From the NCBI GenBank assembly GCA_945878925.1, contig CAMDXE010000001.1, forward strand, positions 1 to 55,686: DNA of 55,686 nt, written 5' to 3'. The notes under the pieces are model-generated. The model saw nothing but the letters and a program-made list of their open reading frames with translations. It did no database searches and was not told the origin of the DNA. Of this stretch, positions 37,286-46,117 are shown piece after piece (position 1 is the stretch's first letter; each line of letters opens with the position of its first letter). Both the position numbers and the translations under genes were made by a program. Origin of the DNA: Chitinophaga pinensis. GTDB taxonomy: Bacteria > Bacteroidota > Bacteroidia > NS11-12g > UBA9320.

Positions 37286-38441
37286 AAACTAAATTCAAAA
37301 ATAAGCTTAATAAAGCAATTGGTAAATGAAAATGAATCCAAGCTATGGATTTAAATATCCCATTTATGGGCAAAAACAAAGGGCACAACAACAGCATCCA
37401 AACCCAATTAAACATTCTCCTGTTTTTGAATAATGGGATTAAAAAAATTAAGAGTATGCAATCGTAAATGAGATGGTAGCTAAATAAAAAATGCCACACT
37501 ATTAGTAAAGCTAATAATTCAGCAGCATTCATATAGTTTTTCGAGTAACACCACATTAAACCCAGCGAACCTATGATAATCATACTTGGGTTGAAAATAG
37601 AAAGAAACGAATACGATACCCCGCCAAAATAATTGAGCAGGATTCCTAATTCGGTAAGGTTGGTATTGACGGCCGTAATTGTATGGCCGGCATAGTTTAT
37701 CTGCATCTGTTGGTTTATGTTTTGAGCCATTTCGGCCCAATAAAAATGCCCGGCTTGGCTATAAAAAACAAGAGCGCCCATAACAGGTATTAAAGCCGAA
37801 TAAGCTAATAATTTCCATTTTTTGCTTAGCATAAATAAAAGCACAAAAGGGAGGCATAGGGTTATTTTTACAAAAGCCACTCCTAAAAATAGTCCTGAAA
37901 GGGTGTCTTTGTTTTTTTGGTAAAAATACCAAGAGACCATAATAGATGCCATGCTCATGAGCAATGGCTGTCCTAAGGCCACCGCTATTAGTGACGATTT
38001 GAATGCCAAAAGTATGAGGAGGCATAAGGCGAAACTTAAGCCAACTTCGGCAAACGATTTATAAGTAAAATAGGCGAGCGTCAAAAGGAAGATGCCGCTT
38101 AAAAATAAAATAAGTAGTTTTGAAATTGGCCAAATACTAGCAAAATAAGGATAAAGCATTGGAATAGACCAAAAGGGGTAAATCATTCCGCAATCTTTAA
38201 ATCCGGGCGCTTTTGTAGATGCAATATCATAAAACGATGCCGTTTGCTGCCATTCCAACTTTAGCAAGCTATCGTTATATGGATTTTGATGTTTTAACCA
38301 CATTTTGCCGGCCAAAAAAATATTTCGTGCATCATAAGGCGAGTCGGGATGCGAATACAATGAGATTGATTTGTAAAGATTTATACAGACCAAAAAACTT
38401 AATATCCCGATTAATATACTTTTAACAGGAATGTGCTTCAT
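37248..38441 (-). CDS. Polytopic membrane protein, DUF2029/GT87-like glycosyltransferase suspected
   Basis: 397 aa and highly hydrophobic with many TM segments. The 3' end overlaps the next ORF by 38 nt. Confidence 0.4.
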   Translation of the reverse strand: MKHIPVKSILIGILSFLVCINLYKSISLYSHPDSPYDARNIFLAGKMWLKHQNPYNDSLLKLEWQQTASFYDIASTKAPGFKDCGMIYPFWSIPMLYPYFASIWPISKLLILFLSGIFLLTLAYFTYKSFAEVGLSFALCLLILLAFKSSLIAVALGQPLLMSMASIMVSWYFYQKNKDTLSGLFLGVAFVKITLCLPFVLLFMLSKKWKLLAYSALIPVMGALVFYSQAGHFYWAEMAQNINQQMQINYAGHTITAVNTNLTELGILLNYFGGVSYSFLSIFNPSMIIIGSLGLMWCYSKNYMNAAELLALLIVWHFLFSYHLIYDCILLIFLIPLFKNRRMFNWVWMLLLCPLFLPINGIFKSIAWIHFHLPIALLSLFLNLVYVCYRNHTIRAL

Positions 38442-38448
38442 GTTGGTA

Positions 38449-39237
38449 TTATAAATCCTTTGCTTTGGCCACCAATTCAGCTATATCGAGCACTTGTACA
38501 TGATCTTCGCGATTTTCATGCTTGAGCCCATCGCTCAACATGGTCATACAAAAGGGGCAGTTTGAAGCAATAATCGAAGCGCCAGTGGCTAATGCTTCTT
38601 CGCTTCGTTCAATATTTATTTCTTTAGTGCCTTGTTCGGCTTCCTTAAACATCTGTGCTCCTCCTGCGCCACAACACAAACCGTTTTTTCGGCAGCGTTT
38701 CATTTCTACCAGTTCGGTGTCGAGGGCTTCTAATATTTTTCGAGGAGCAATATATTCATTATTAGCTCGGCCTAAATAGCAAGAATCGTGATAGGTAATT
38801 TTTTTTCCTTTAAAAGCGCCCCCTTCAAATTTTAGCCTGCCAGTATCTATCAAGTCTTGTATCAGTTGCGTATGGTGTACAACTTCATAATTGCCACCCA
38901 AGTTTGGATATTCATTTTTTATAGTATTGAAACAATGAGGGCAGGCGGTAACTATTTTTTTAACATTATAGCCATTTAGAATTGAAATGGCATTGGCGGC
39001 TTGCATTTGAAATAAAAATTCGTTTCCGGCACGTTTGGCTGGGTCGCCTGTGCAACTTTCTTCGGGGCCAAGTATGGCAAATTCTACCTTGCAATGCTGT
39101 AATATTTTGGCAAATGATTTAGTTATTTTTTGGGCACGTTCGTCAAAACTCCCTGCACAGCCTACCCAAAAAACAATTTCAGGTTCTTTGCCTTCGGCTT
39201 TAAATTCAGCTACAGTTTTTATAGGTTGCATTGGCAC
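38449..39237 (-). CDS. (Fe-S)-binding protein with two CCG (cysteine-rich) domains, HdrD/GlpC/LutA-like
   Basis: Has VGCAGSFD, CPHC, LCCGAGG and CPFC motifs. Confidence 0.75.
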   Translation of the reverse strand: MPMQPIKTVAEFKAEGKEPEIVFWVGCAGSFDERAQKITKSFAKILQHCKVEFAILGPEESCTGDPAKRAGNEFLFQMQAANAISILNGYNVKKIVTACPHCFNTIKNEYPNLGGNYEVVHHTQLIQDLIDTGRLKFEGGAFKGKKITYHDSCYLGRANNEYIAPRKILEALDTELVEMKRCRKNGLCCGAGGAQMFKEAEQGTKEINIERSEEALATGASIIASNCPFCMTMLSDGLKHENREDHVQVLDIAELVAKAKDL

Positions 39238-39354
39238 TAAATGAAGGATACAATATTAAATAATATTCAGAAAGCTGGTGAAGAAAGTTTGCCCAATATT
39301 ATCAAAAAAAATTAGTAGAAATGGTAAAAACAGGATCGCCATTCAAGAGAATTA

Positions 39355-39618
39355 TCAACTCTGATAATGACCATAAAGTGAGTGAACTACAATCTGTAAA
39401 TCTTCAACCTTATAAACAAGCCTATGTTCAAGACTAATTCTGCGAGACCAATATCCGCTATAATTGGCTTTGAGAGGCTCGGGTTGACCAAGGCCCGAAA
39501 AAGGTGTTTTAGATGTATTTTCTAAAAGGGTATAAATTTTTTTTACTGTCTTCAAATCATTTTTAACCCACCAGCCCAAATCTTGCCAGGCTTTTGGCAT
39601 AAAATAAATCTCACGCAT
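39355..39618 (-). CDS. yoeB: Txe/YoeB-family toxin (RelE superfamily mRNA interferase)
   Basis: Has AWQDLGWW, PFSGLGQPEPLKANYSGYWSRRISLEHRLVYKV and LYGHY. Confidence 0.88.
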   Translation of the reverse strand: MREIYFMPKAWQDLGWWVKNDLKTVKKIYTLLENTSKTPFSGLGQPEPLKANYSGYWSRRISLEHRLVYKVEDLQIVVHSLYGHYQS

Positions 39619-39820
39619 TGACCATTTCTCTTAATTCCTTCAAATTAAGGGATGTCGGTTTTATTCTATTTTTTTCGTAATTCTCAATGCTTTGAAGAAT
39701 AAGAGGATTGGTTATCTCATCAACCGCTACCTGTTTAACGTTTTTTATAAAAGAAACAGACTTAAAAAATGCTTCAGCAATTTCAGTTTTATTGTCAGCA
39801 ATTTCCACTATATATTTCAT
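39611..39820 (-). CDS. Putative cognate antitoxin (no recognisable YefM/Phd signature)
   Basis: A 69-aa ORF directly upstream of yoeB, overlapping it by 8 nt. The assignment rests on position only. Confidence 0.55.
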   Translation of the reverse strand: MKYIVEIADNKTEIAEAFFKSVSFIKNVKQVAVDEITNPLILQSIENYEKNRIKPTSLNLKELREMVNA

Positions 39821-39849
39821 ATCAAGATTTATTATTATACACTTCTACA

Positions 39850-39857
39850 CAAAAATA
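39850..39857 (-). promoter_or_regulatory. Candidate -7 box (TATTTTTG on minus strand) for the TA operon
   Basis: Plus-strand CAAAAATA lies 30-37 nt upstream of the ATG at 39820. Confidence 0.4.
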
Positions 39858-40101
39858 AGCTGATTTTGGCATTTTCTAAATAGGGAAAATTAATTGTAAG
39901 GATAATTAAGATATTTGAGGCAAGAGTTTTAGTTGTTAAGTTGACGTGACCACTTCCCATTCACAAGGTTATTCAGGTGAAACAACGACCGGGAAGTCCA
40001 AAGGAGTGCTTTCGATAAGGGATAATTTTGCTTTGCTGTCAATGGTCAATAAAAATCTTTGTTGTTTCAAAACCATTCTCGGTTTTATTAAGATTTGCCC
40101 A

Positions 40102-40464
40102 TCAAACACTTATTTTTTTTACCAATACACAATAATGGTCATCTAATTTTCTATACCCATATTCGAAACAGAAATAATAGGTGTTTCCGGTTTTGGTGGT
40201 CAAAAAATGGGTGATATAATCGAAGTTGAATCCAAAAGTGATTAACTTTTTTGTGGTAATCGAAGCCTTTCCAGATTCGGTAGGAACTAAATCGTGAAGT
40301 ATGCGTCTGTTTTTCCGAAGAATATTATGAATATTGCGCATTTGCGCCGTACTATCGCTGTTCAGTCGGTTGTTAAAATTATTTCGACAGGCGTCACAAC
40401 AAAATTTCTTATCAGTTCGGCCTAAGAGTTTAGATTGACAATCCAAACAAGTCCTGATGTCCAT
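40102..40464 (-). CDS. Conserved Zn-ribbon protein of unknown function
   Basis: Begins MDIRTCLDCQSKLLGRTDKKFCCDACRNNF (CxxC...CxxC). The start at 40464 is favoured because a -7 box lies inside the longer ORF. Confidence 0.55.
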   Translation of the reverse strand: MDIRTCLDCQSKLLGRTDKKFCCDACRNNFNNRLNSDSTAQMRNIHNILRKNRRILHDLVPTESGKASITTKKLITFGFNFDYITHFLTTKTGNTYYFCFEYGYRKLDDHYCVLVKKISV

Positions 40465-40488
40465 AAGTAAGTTTATTAAAGGTTCAAA

Positions 40489-40496
40489 CAAATATA
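40489..40496 (-). promoter_or_regulatory. Candidate -7 box (TATATTTG on minus strand)
   Basis: Plus-strand CAAATATA lies 25-32 nt upstream of the ATG at 40464. Confidence 0.4.
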
Positions 40497-40661
40497 ACAT
40501 TAATTATTTTTCCGACAATAATTGGTTACAAATAGTTATAAAAGACTGTAATTATTTTTTAACCGAATCGAGATAGCGTGTTTAGAGACCTTTGTTTGGC
40601 CTTTCAGAAAAAAATTGGAAAGGACTTAAATATTTATTTATACAACTAAATTAAAAAAATC

Positions 40662-41045
40662 ATGAACACCTTACGAAATTCCGTTCGCCTTTATGGCAAT
40701 GTAGGCCAAGAGCCTGAAGTGAAAACCTTAGAAAACGGCACAAAAAATGCAAAATTTTCGTTAGCTACCACCGAAAAACGAAAAGACAACAAAGGCAATT
40801 GGGTGGACGAAACCACCTGGCATAACCTTTCGGTTTGGGGCAAACCTGTAGATGTAATCGAAAAATATGTGAACAAAGGGGACAAGTTATCTATTGAGGG
40901 GCGCATAAGCAATCGCAGTTATGAGGCTAAAGATGGTACCAAAAAATATTATTCAGAAATTATTGTGAATGAGTTTTTATTAGCAGGAGCGCCTAAAGCA
41001 GTGCACGCCGAAGTTGGTGAATTGGACGAAAATTTACCATTTTAA
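40662..41045 (+). CDS. ssb: Single-stranded DNA-binding protein
   Basis: Has an OB-fold pattern (LYGNVGQEPEVK...TTWHNLSVWGK...GDKLSIEGRI) and an acidic tail DENLPF. Confidence 0.88.
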   Translation: MNTLRNSVRLYGNVGQEPEVKTLENGTKNAKFSLATTEKRKDNKGNWVDETTWHNLSVWGKPVDVIEKYVNKGDKLSIEGRISNRSYEAKDGTKKYYSEIIVNEFLLAGAPKAVHAEVGELDENLPF

Positions 41046-41066
41046 ACAGGCAATTATCCAAAGCTT

Positions 41067-41106
41067 AAAATCCTGAGAGGCAATCTTACCGCTCAGGATT
41101 TTTTTT
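41067..41106 (+). terminator. Rho-independent terminator of ssb
   Basis: An 11-bp stem, AAAATCCTGAG / CTCAGGATTTT, with a 14-nt loop, running into a T-tract. Confidence 0.75.
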
Positions 41107-41281
41107 GCAATATTGTACCTTAAAATATTTTTACAATTCATTCTTAGTCTACTTATCTATGATTTTTGCTTAAAAACTTAAAATAAGAAATTGTTAAAAC
41201 TTGGCATCACTGGGCTTGGCCATACAAATTAATTATATAATCTTTGACCAGGTATTAGCTTTAAAAGAAATTGTACGCGAT

Positions 41282-41713
41282 TTGAAAATATCATCACTCT
41301 ATCTCTCACTTTTATTTCTTTTGAGTGCATCGTGCAAGCACAATTATACAAGAACCTCTCAATTGCCCAAAAAACATATAGCAATTGGTTCGTATGGCGG
41401 GTTTACAGGCATGGATGCTAAATTGATATACCTTAAAAATGGCCAAGTTTATTCATCCGAAACCCTCCCTGGGGCAGCTACAAAAGTTGCGTTTTTAAAA
41501 CAATTGCCTAAAAAAAATTCAATTAATATGTTTAAGGCCGTCAAACGGATGAACTTTAATCAAGATGGGTTTGCCCAACCAGCCAATATAAATACATATA
41601 TCGAATATAAGCGACGTTGGCTCCCCGATTATTATTATCAATGGGATGGAATACTAGATTCGACCGATCAAAATTTCAAAGCCATTACTGAATTAATGCA
41701 CTGGCGTGATTAG
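41282..41713 (+). CDS. Hypothetical lipoprotein
   Basis: LKISSLYLSLLFLLSASC is a lipoprotein signal with lipobox. The TTG at 41282 is proposed as the start. The ORF-track TTG at 41201 would add a non-signal-like extension. Confidence 0.45.
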   Translation: MKISSLYLSLLFLLSASCKHNYTRTSQLPKKHIAIGSYGGFTGMDAKLIYLKNGQVYSSETLPGAATKVAFLKQLPKKNSINMFKAVKRMNFNQDGFAQPANINTYIEYKRRWLPDYYYQWDGILDSTDQNFKAITELMHWRD

Positions 41714-41904
41714 TCGTGTTGACTGTAAATTTAACAGAAATCAATTGCTTTACTTAGATGCAACTTTTGATGATTGAGGCATCGTGAGACTTTCTCTTTT
41801 CGAAGCAAAACGTAAAAACCTACGATTTTGATGAAGTGTTAAAACGGATTTTTTATGGTATTTAAAATATTTATAGCCAACTATTATTAATGTAAAGGAA
41901 GTAA

Positions 41905-41912
41905 TAAGTTTG
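41905..41912 (+). promoter_or_regulatory. Candidate -7 box TAAGTTTG
   Basis: Matches TAnnTTTG and lies 10 nt upstream of the ATG at 41923. Confidence 0.4.
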
Positions 41913-41922
41913 AAGCCAACTA

Positions 41923-42945
41923 ATGAAGGGAATTAAAATACTGAGTATAGTTTTATTTGGCCTAATAAATTATAAGGTTCATGCCCAATTAGGCTTTGGC
42001 ATCAGGGGAACATTACACCAATCTATACCACTTATACTCCGCGATTCGTTTTCGGGGACCCCTGCATTTGGCGCAGGATTAAATGTGTATTTCAATGCCA
42101 AATCAAAATTGCATTTTGCTGCCGGATTAAGTTACAAATCCATTGCTCTAAATCATAAAATTGAGCCTTATAGTATTAATTGGAAAGTAATAGGAGGCAA
42201 TATGGGATGCGAATGGGCACACCCTAAAATGAGTCATATCCGTTTTTACACAGGAGCCAATGTTAATTATATTTATGAATCTGGCCAAACCTTTTTATCG
42301 TCAAACTCGGCCTCAGGCAAGGGTTATAGCGTTAGCAGTGTTTTTAAAACCTTTGTGCCATCCATTGAGCTGGGCCTCATATTCAATCCGCACCCCTTGG
42401 TTACCCTTAATATATCCACCCTTCAGCCCATTCCGCAAACAAGCTTTGAAAACAAACCTACTTTGCCTGGCATGCTTAATATCTCGATTGAATATAGAAT
42501 TACCACTAGGGATATGAAGAAGTGGGATTCGGATACGTCGATTTTACCTGAACACCATTTTGCCGAAAATTTAAAAAGAGGAATGCTCTATGTTATCGAA
42601 GAAGGAAATAGCGCCTCGCTTACTATTTTTCGAAAAAAAATAATGGATTATTATTCCTTTAGTAAAGTAAGGTTTATAGAGGCCTCACAATTAACAACGC
42701 TGCTTGAATCCTTGAAGCATTCGCCCGATTCGAGCCAGAGTTTTATATTAAAGAGCGGACGCATTATTTACGATATCGAAAGCCCAAGTACCCTTGGCCT
42801 AATTATTTACAACTACAAAATGCAGAATCCAATTCCTGGTAATCCGTTTTTTGTGAGAGATTTATCTGGCAATAGCAATTTTGATGATCCAATTATTTTA
42901 AAAAAGCTGATCCTAAAACTTAATAAACGGCTGTATAAATTATGA
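41923..42945 (+). CDS. Hypothetical secreted protein: N-terminal OM beta-barrel-like half plus C-terminal domain of unknown function
   Basis: Has a signal peptide MKGIKILSIVLFGLINYKVHAQ and an alternating-hydrophobicity N-terminal half. No family recognised. Confidence 0.4.
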   Translation: MKGIKILSIVLFGLINYKVHAQLGFGIRGTLHQSIPLILRDSFSGTPAFGAGLNVYFNAKSKLHFAAGLSYKSIALNHKIEPYSINWKVIGGNMGCEWAHPKMSHIRFYTGANVNYIYESGQTFLSSNSASGKGYSVSSVFKTFVPSIELGLIFNPHPLVTLNISTLQPIPQTSFENKPTLPGMLNISIEYRITTRDMKKWDSDTSILPEHHFAENLKRGMLYVIEEGNSASLTIFRKKIMDYYSFSKVRFIEASQLTTLLESLKHSPDSSQSFILKSGRIIYDIESPSTLGLIIYNYKMQNPIPGNPFFVRDLSGNSNFDDPIILKKLILKLNKRLYKL

Positions 42946-43018
42946 AAATTTTGCAGTTCAGTAATTTTTGGATGAATTTGTTGAATGTTGTCAAACCTAT
43001 AGGAAAATTAAATAAAGG

Positions 43019-44791
43019 ATGAAAAAACAATCGCCTGTTGATGGCATTTGGAAAGTAATCACCGCTTCGTCTGTTGGAACACTCATCGAGTGGTATGATT
43101 TTTATATTTTTGGAAGTCTTGCCACCATTATTTCAAAACAATTTTTTCCGCAGGATCAGGGTACGGCAGCTTTACTTTCTACCTTAGCCATATTTGCGGC
43201 AGGGTTTTTGGTGAGGCCATTTGGCGCTTTGGTTTTCGGGAGGTTAGGCGATATCATAGGGCGTAAATACACCTTTTTACTCACCTTAGTTTTAATGGGG
43301 GTTTCTACTTTTTTAATAGGGTTAATACCCTCCTATGCTTCCATCGGTTTTGCAGCGCCTATCCTCGTTTTAATTTTACGCCTTATACAAGGTTTGGCCT
43401 TAGGTGGCGAATATGGCGGGGCAGCAACCTATGTGGCCGAACACGCTCCCGAAGGGCGACGAGGCTTTTTTACAAGTTGGATACAAACAACAGCCACCCT
43501 TGGATTATTTCTTTCGTTGGGAGTTATATTGCTTACACGGAATGCATTAGGTGTCGAAAACTTTAACAGTTGGGGCTGGCGAATTCCTTTTTTAGTATCC
43601 TCTTTATTGGTAGTGGTTTCCATAATTATTAGACTTAAAATGAAAGAGTCGCCCTTGTTTTTGGAATTAAAAAAGGAAGGCAAAACATCGACCAACCCTT
43701 TAAAAGAAAGTTTTACAAAACCCGAAAATTTAAAAATGGTTTTACTGGCCTTGTTTGGAGCTGTAATGGGCCAAGGCGTTATTTGGTATACCGGTCAGTT
43801 TTATGCCCAATCGTTTATTGAAAATACCTGTAAGGTGGATTTTGAACAATCGCGAACGATTATACTTTGGGCTATTTTATTTGCCACTCCGTTTTTTGTG
43901 GTTTTCGGCTCTTTGAGCGATAGTTGGGGACGAAAATGGATTATGCTAGGGGGTATGTTGTTGGGGATAATTTGCTACCGCCCTATTTATCAGTCCTTTT
44001 TAAATATTACAAATCCAGTAAAAAAGGAAATAATTGCTTCTAAAACTTTAATAGATAAAAAAACAGTTTTATTAGCAAACAGCTCCAATACGCTCATAAA
44101 AACAGATACTATAAAACAGTATGAAGATGGCGCTATTTTTAAATTTACACAAATTGACACAGCCTATTCGAATGGAAAAACTTCATTAAAACCAATCTTA
44201 AAAATTGAGAAACGCCTAGGCGACGCACATTATTGGCTTATGGTATTTTTAGTTTTTATTCAAATACTTTTTGTTACGATGGTGTATGGTCCCATTGCTG
44301 CCTTTTTGGTAGAACTATTTCCTACAAGAATCCGATACACTTCCATGAGTTTGCCTTACCACATTGGCAACGGGGTGTTTGGCGGACTGGTTCCATTTAT
44401 TGGACTGCTCATTATCGAATATACCAAAACTACCCAAAATCCGGGCGGGAATCCCTTGGCAGGATTATGGTATCCTATAGGGGTGGCATCGCTATGCTTT
44501 GTGATTGGGGCTTTATTTTTAAATAATAAATCGAAAAATTTAGGTTGGCCGATTTTTAAAAAATGCATGGGCTTTTTGTTAATGATTCTTGGCCCTTTGG
44601 CTATTGGCTTGTTGCTTTATTTTGCCACCCAAAAATTATCCATGGCCACCTCCACCATTAACGATATATTGCAATGGAGCATCATTATTGCCATTTTTAT
44701 ACCCATTGCTATTGGTCTGTTTATTTTTGGGAGATTTGCGTTTAGGGGCGAGTTTGATAAAATGGCGAATGGTAATGATAACATTGAATAG
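43019..44791 (+). CDS. MFS transporter, metabolite:H+ symporter (MHS/ProP-like) with internal insert and C-terminal extension
   Basis: EWYDFYIFGS and GRLGDIIGRKY are MHS signatures. At 590 aa it is longer than the usual 430-500 aa. Confidence 0.7.
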   Translation: MKKQSPVDGIWKVITASSVGTLIEWYDFYIFGSLATIISKQFFPQDQGTAALLSTLAIFAAGFLVRPFGALVFGRLGDIIGRKYTFLLTLVLMGVSTFLIGLIPSYASIGFAAPILVLILRLIQGLALGGEYGGAATYVAEHAPEGRRGFFTSWIQTTATLGLFLSLGVILLTRNALGVENFNSWGWRIPFLVSSLLVVVSIIIRLKMKESPLFLELKKEGKTSTNPLKESFTKPENLKMVLLALFGAVMGQGVIWYTGQFYAQSFIENTCKVDFEQSRTIILWAILFATPFFVVFGSLSDSWGRKWIMLGGMLLGIICYRPIYQSFLNITNPVKKEIIASKTLIDKKTVLLANSSNTLIKTDTIKQYEDGAIFKFTQIDTAYSNGKTSLKPILKIEKRLGDAHYWLMVFLVFIQILFVTMVYGPIAAFLVELFPTRIRYTSMSLPYHIGNGVFGGLVPFIGLLIIEYTKTTQNPGGNPLAGLWYPIGVASLCFVIGALFLNNKSKNLGWPIFKKCMGFLLMILGPLAIGLLLYFATQKLSMATSTINDILQWSIIIAIFIPIAIGLFIFGRFAFRGEFDKMANGNDNIE

Positions 44792-44819
44792 AATTTGATT
44801 ACTAAATAAAAGCGAATCG

Positions 44820-44911
44820 AAAGTAAAATAAGAAAATATTTATTTTACTTTACACCATTAAAAGTAAAATAATTAATTTTTTAATTTACATTTGTATCTC
44901 AAAGTAAATTA
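44820..44911. promoter_or_regulatory. Four copies of an AAAGTAAA(A/T)T motif (one inverted) around the promoter of the second fic gene; operator-like
   Basis: The copies are AAAGTAAAATAA at 44820-44831, its exact reverse complement TTATTTTACTTT at 44840-44851, AAAGTAAAATAA at 44861-44872, and AAAGTAAATTA at 44901-44911 overlapping the ATG. Confidence 0.55.
44887..44894 (+). promoter_or_regulatory. Candidate -7 box TACATTTG for fic-2
   Basis: Matches TAnnTTTG and lies 17 nt upstream of the ATG at 44911, between motif copies 3 and 4. Confidence 0.45.
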
Positions 44912-46050
44912 TGATTGTCCTTGAAAAATTTAATGCTGGCCAATTATTGAAAGGCATTGACTATGCTTATTTTAAACCAAATGCCATAAATACCAAATGG
45001 ATTTGGACAGATTCAAAAATAAACCGACTCATAGAAAATGCCTCGTTTGAATTAGGCCAACTCAATTCATTTGCCCAATTGGTGCCTAATATTGATTTAT
45101 TTATTCAATTGCATATTACCAAAGAAGCTGTAGTTTCAAGTAAAATAGAAGGAACACAAACGCGATTTGACGAAGCTTTTTTACAAAAAGACACAATTAA
45201 CCCCGAGCGAAAAGATGATTGGCAGGAGGTTCAAAATTATACCTTGGCCTTAAATCAGGCTATAACTGAGTTGAAAACTTTACCTATCTCTTCACGCCTT
45301 ATTTTAAAAACCCATCAGGCATTGATGCAAGGGGTGAGAGGACAGGCAAAAACACCAGGCGAGTATAGAAAAAGCCAAAACTGGATTGGGGGCAGAAGTC
45401 TCAAGGATGCTTCATTTATACCGCCGCACTTTCAGTATTTGGACGAACTGATGGGAGATTTGGAAAAATTTATCCATAATGAAAATTTGGAAATTCCGAT
45501 GCTAATAAAGGCAGCTATTATTCATTATCAATTCGAAACCATTCATCCTTTTTTGGATGGAAATGGAAGAATTGGACGGCTTTTAATCACACTTTTTTTA
45601 ATTGAAAAGCAGGTATTGACCCGCCCTTTGCTTTACCTATCCAGCTATTTTGAAAAAGATACAAATTTGTATTACGCCCATTTGATGGGGGTAAGAAAAA
45701 ACCATGATATGCGGCAATGGATAGTGTATTTTTTGACAGGGATGGTTCAAACGGCAAGGCAAGCTGTAAAAACACTTGGTGAAATTATTAATTTAAAAAC
45801 CATGAGCGAGAAAATAATTCAGGAAAAATTTGGCAAACGAATAAAATCCGGATTGCTGCTTCATACTTATTTGTTAAAGCAACCAATTGTAAGTATAAAA
45901 GAGGTTCAGAAAGTGTGTAATTTAACTCCAAAATCGGCAGGAGACTTGGTTAAGGCCATGCAACAAAATAATATTGTACAGGAAATTTCGGGCAATTTTA
46001 GAAACAGGTTATTTATGTATAAAAGTTACCTTGATTTATTTAATCACTAA
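44911..46050 (+). CDS. Fic-family protein (class II) with C-terminal winged-helix-like domain
   Basis: Has the Fic motif HPFLDGNGRIGR and the inhibitory motif SSKIEG, matching (S/T)xxxE(G/N). A C-terminal tail of about 90 aa is typical of HTH-bearing Fic proteins. Confidence 0.88.
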   Translation: MIVLEKFNAGQLLKGIDYAYFKPNAINTKWIWTDSKINRLIENASFELGQLNSFAQLVPNIDLFIQLHITKEAVVSSKIEGTQTRFDEAFLQKDTINPERKDDWQEVQNYTLALNQAITELKTLPISSRLILKTHQALMQGVRGQAKTPGEYRKSQNWIGGRSLKDASFIPPHFQYLDELMGDLEKFIHNENLEIPMLIKAAIIHYQFETIHPFLDGNGRIGRLLITLFLIEKQVLTRPLLYLSSYFEKDTNLYYAHLMGVRKNHDMRQWIVYFLTGMVQTARQAVKTLGEIINLKTMSEKIIQEKFGKRIKSGLLLHTYLLKQPIVSIKEVQKVCNLTPKSAGDLVKAMQQNNIVQEISGNFRNRLFMYKSYLDLFNH

Positions 46051-46094
46051 TTTTATAAGTTTAGCTCATTGAGGTTAAAATAAGTTACCATACC

Positions 46095-46102
46095 TATTTT
46101 TG
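46095..46102 (+). promoter_or_regulatory. Candidate -7 box TATTTTTG for acs
   Basis: Matches TAnnTTTG and lies 15 nt upstream of the ATG at 46118. Confidence 0.45.
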
Positions 46103-46117
46103 CCTAACAAATAATCC

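Noticed and set aside
39940-40100. A 280-bp gap between the TA operon and the Zn-ribbon gene. It contains a nested hairpin (ACTTCCC...TTCAC-loop-GTGAA...GGGAAGT, 39952-39997), a second stem AAAACC/GGTTTT near 40060-40085, and a 66-aa ORF (39946-40146). Considered as a small RNA or SRP-like RNA.
   Set aside because: I found no TAnnTTTG box upstream, no match to conserved SRP, 6S or tmRNA motifs that I can recall, and only short stems with a 9-nt bulge. The ORF has no signature and overlaps the neighbouring gene end. It is worth a covariance-model scan (Rfam) but is not supportable by eye.
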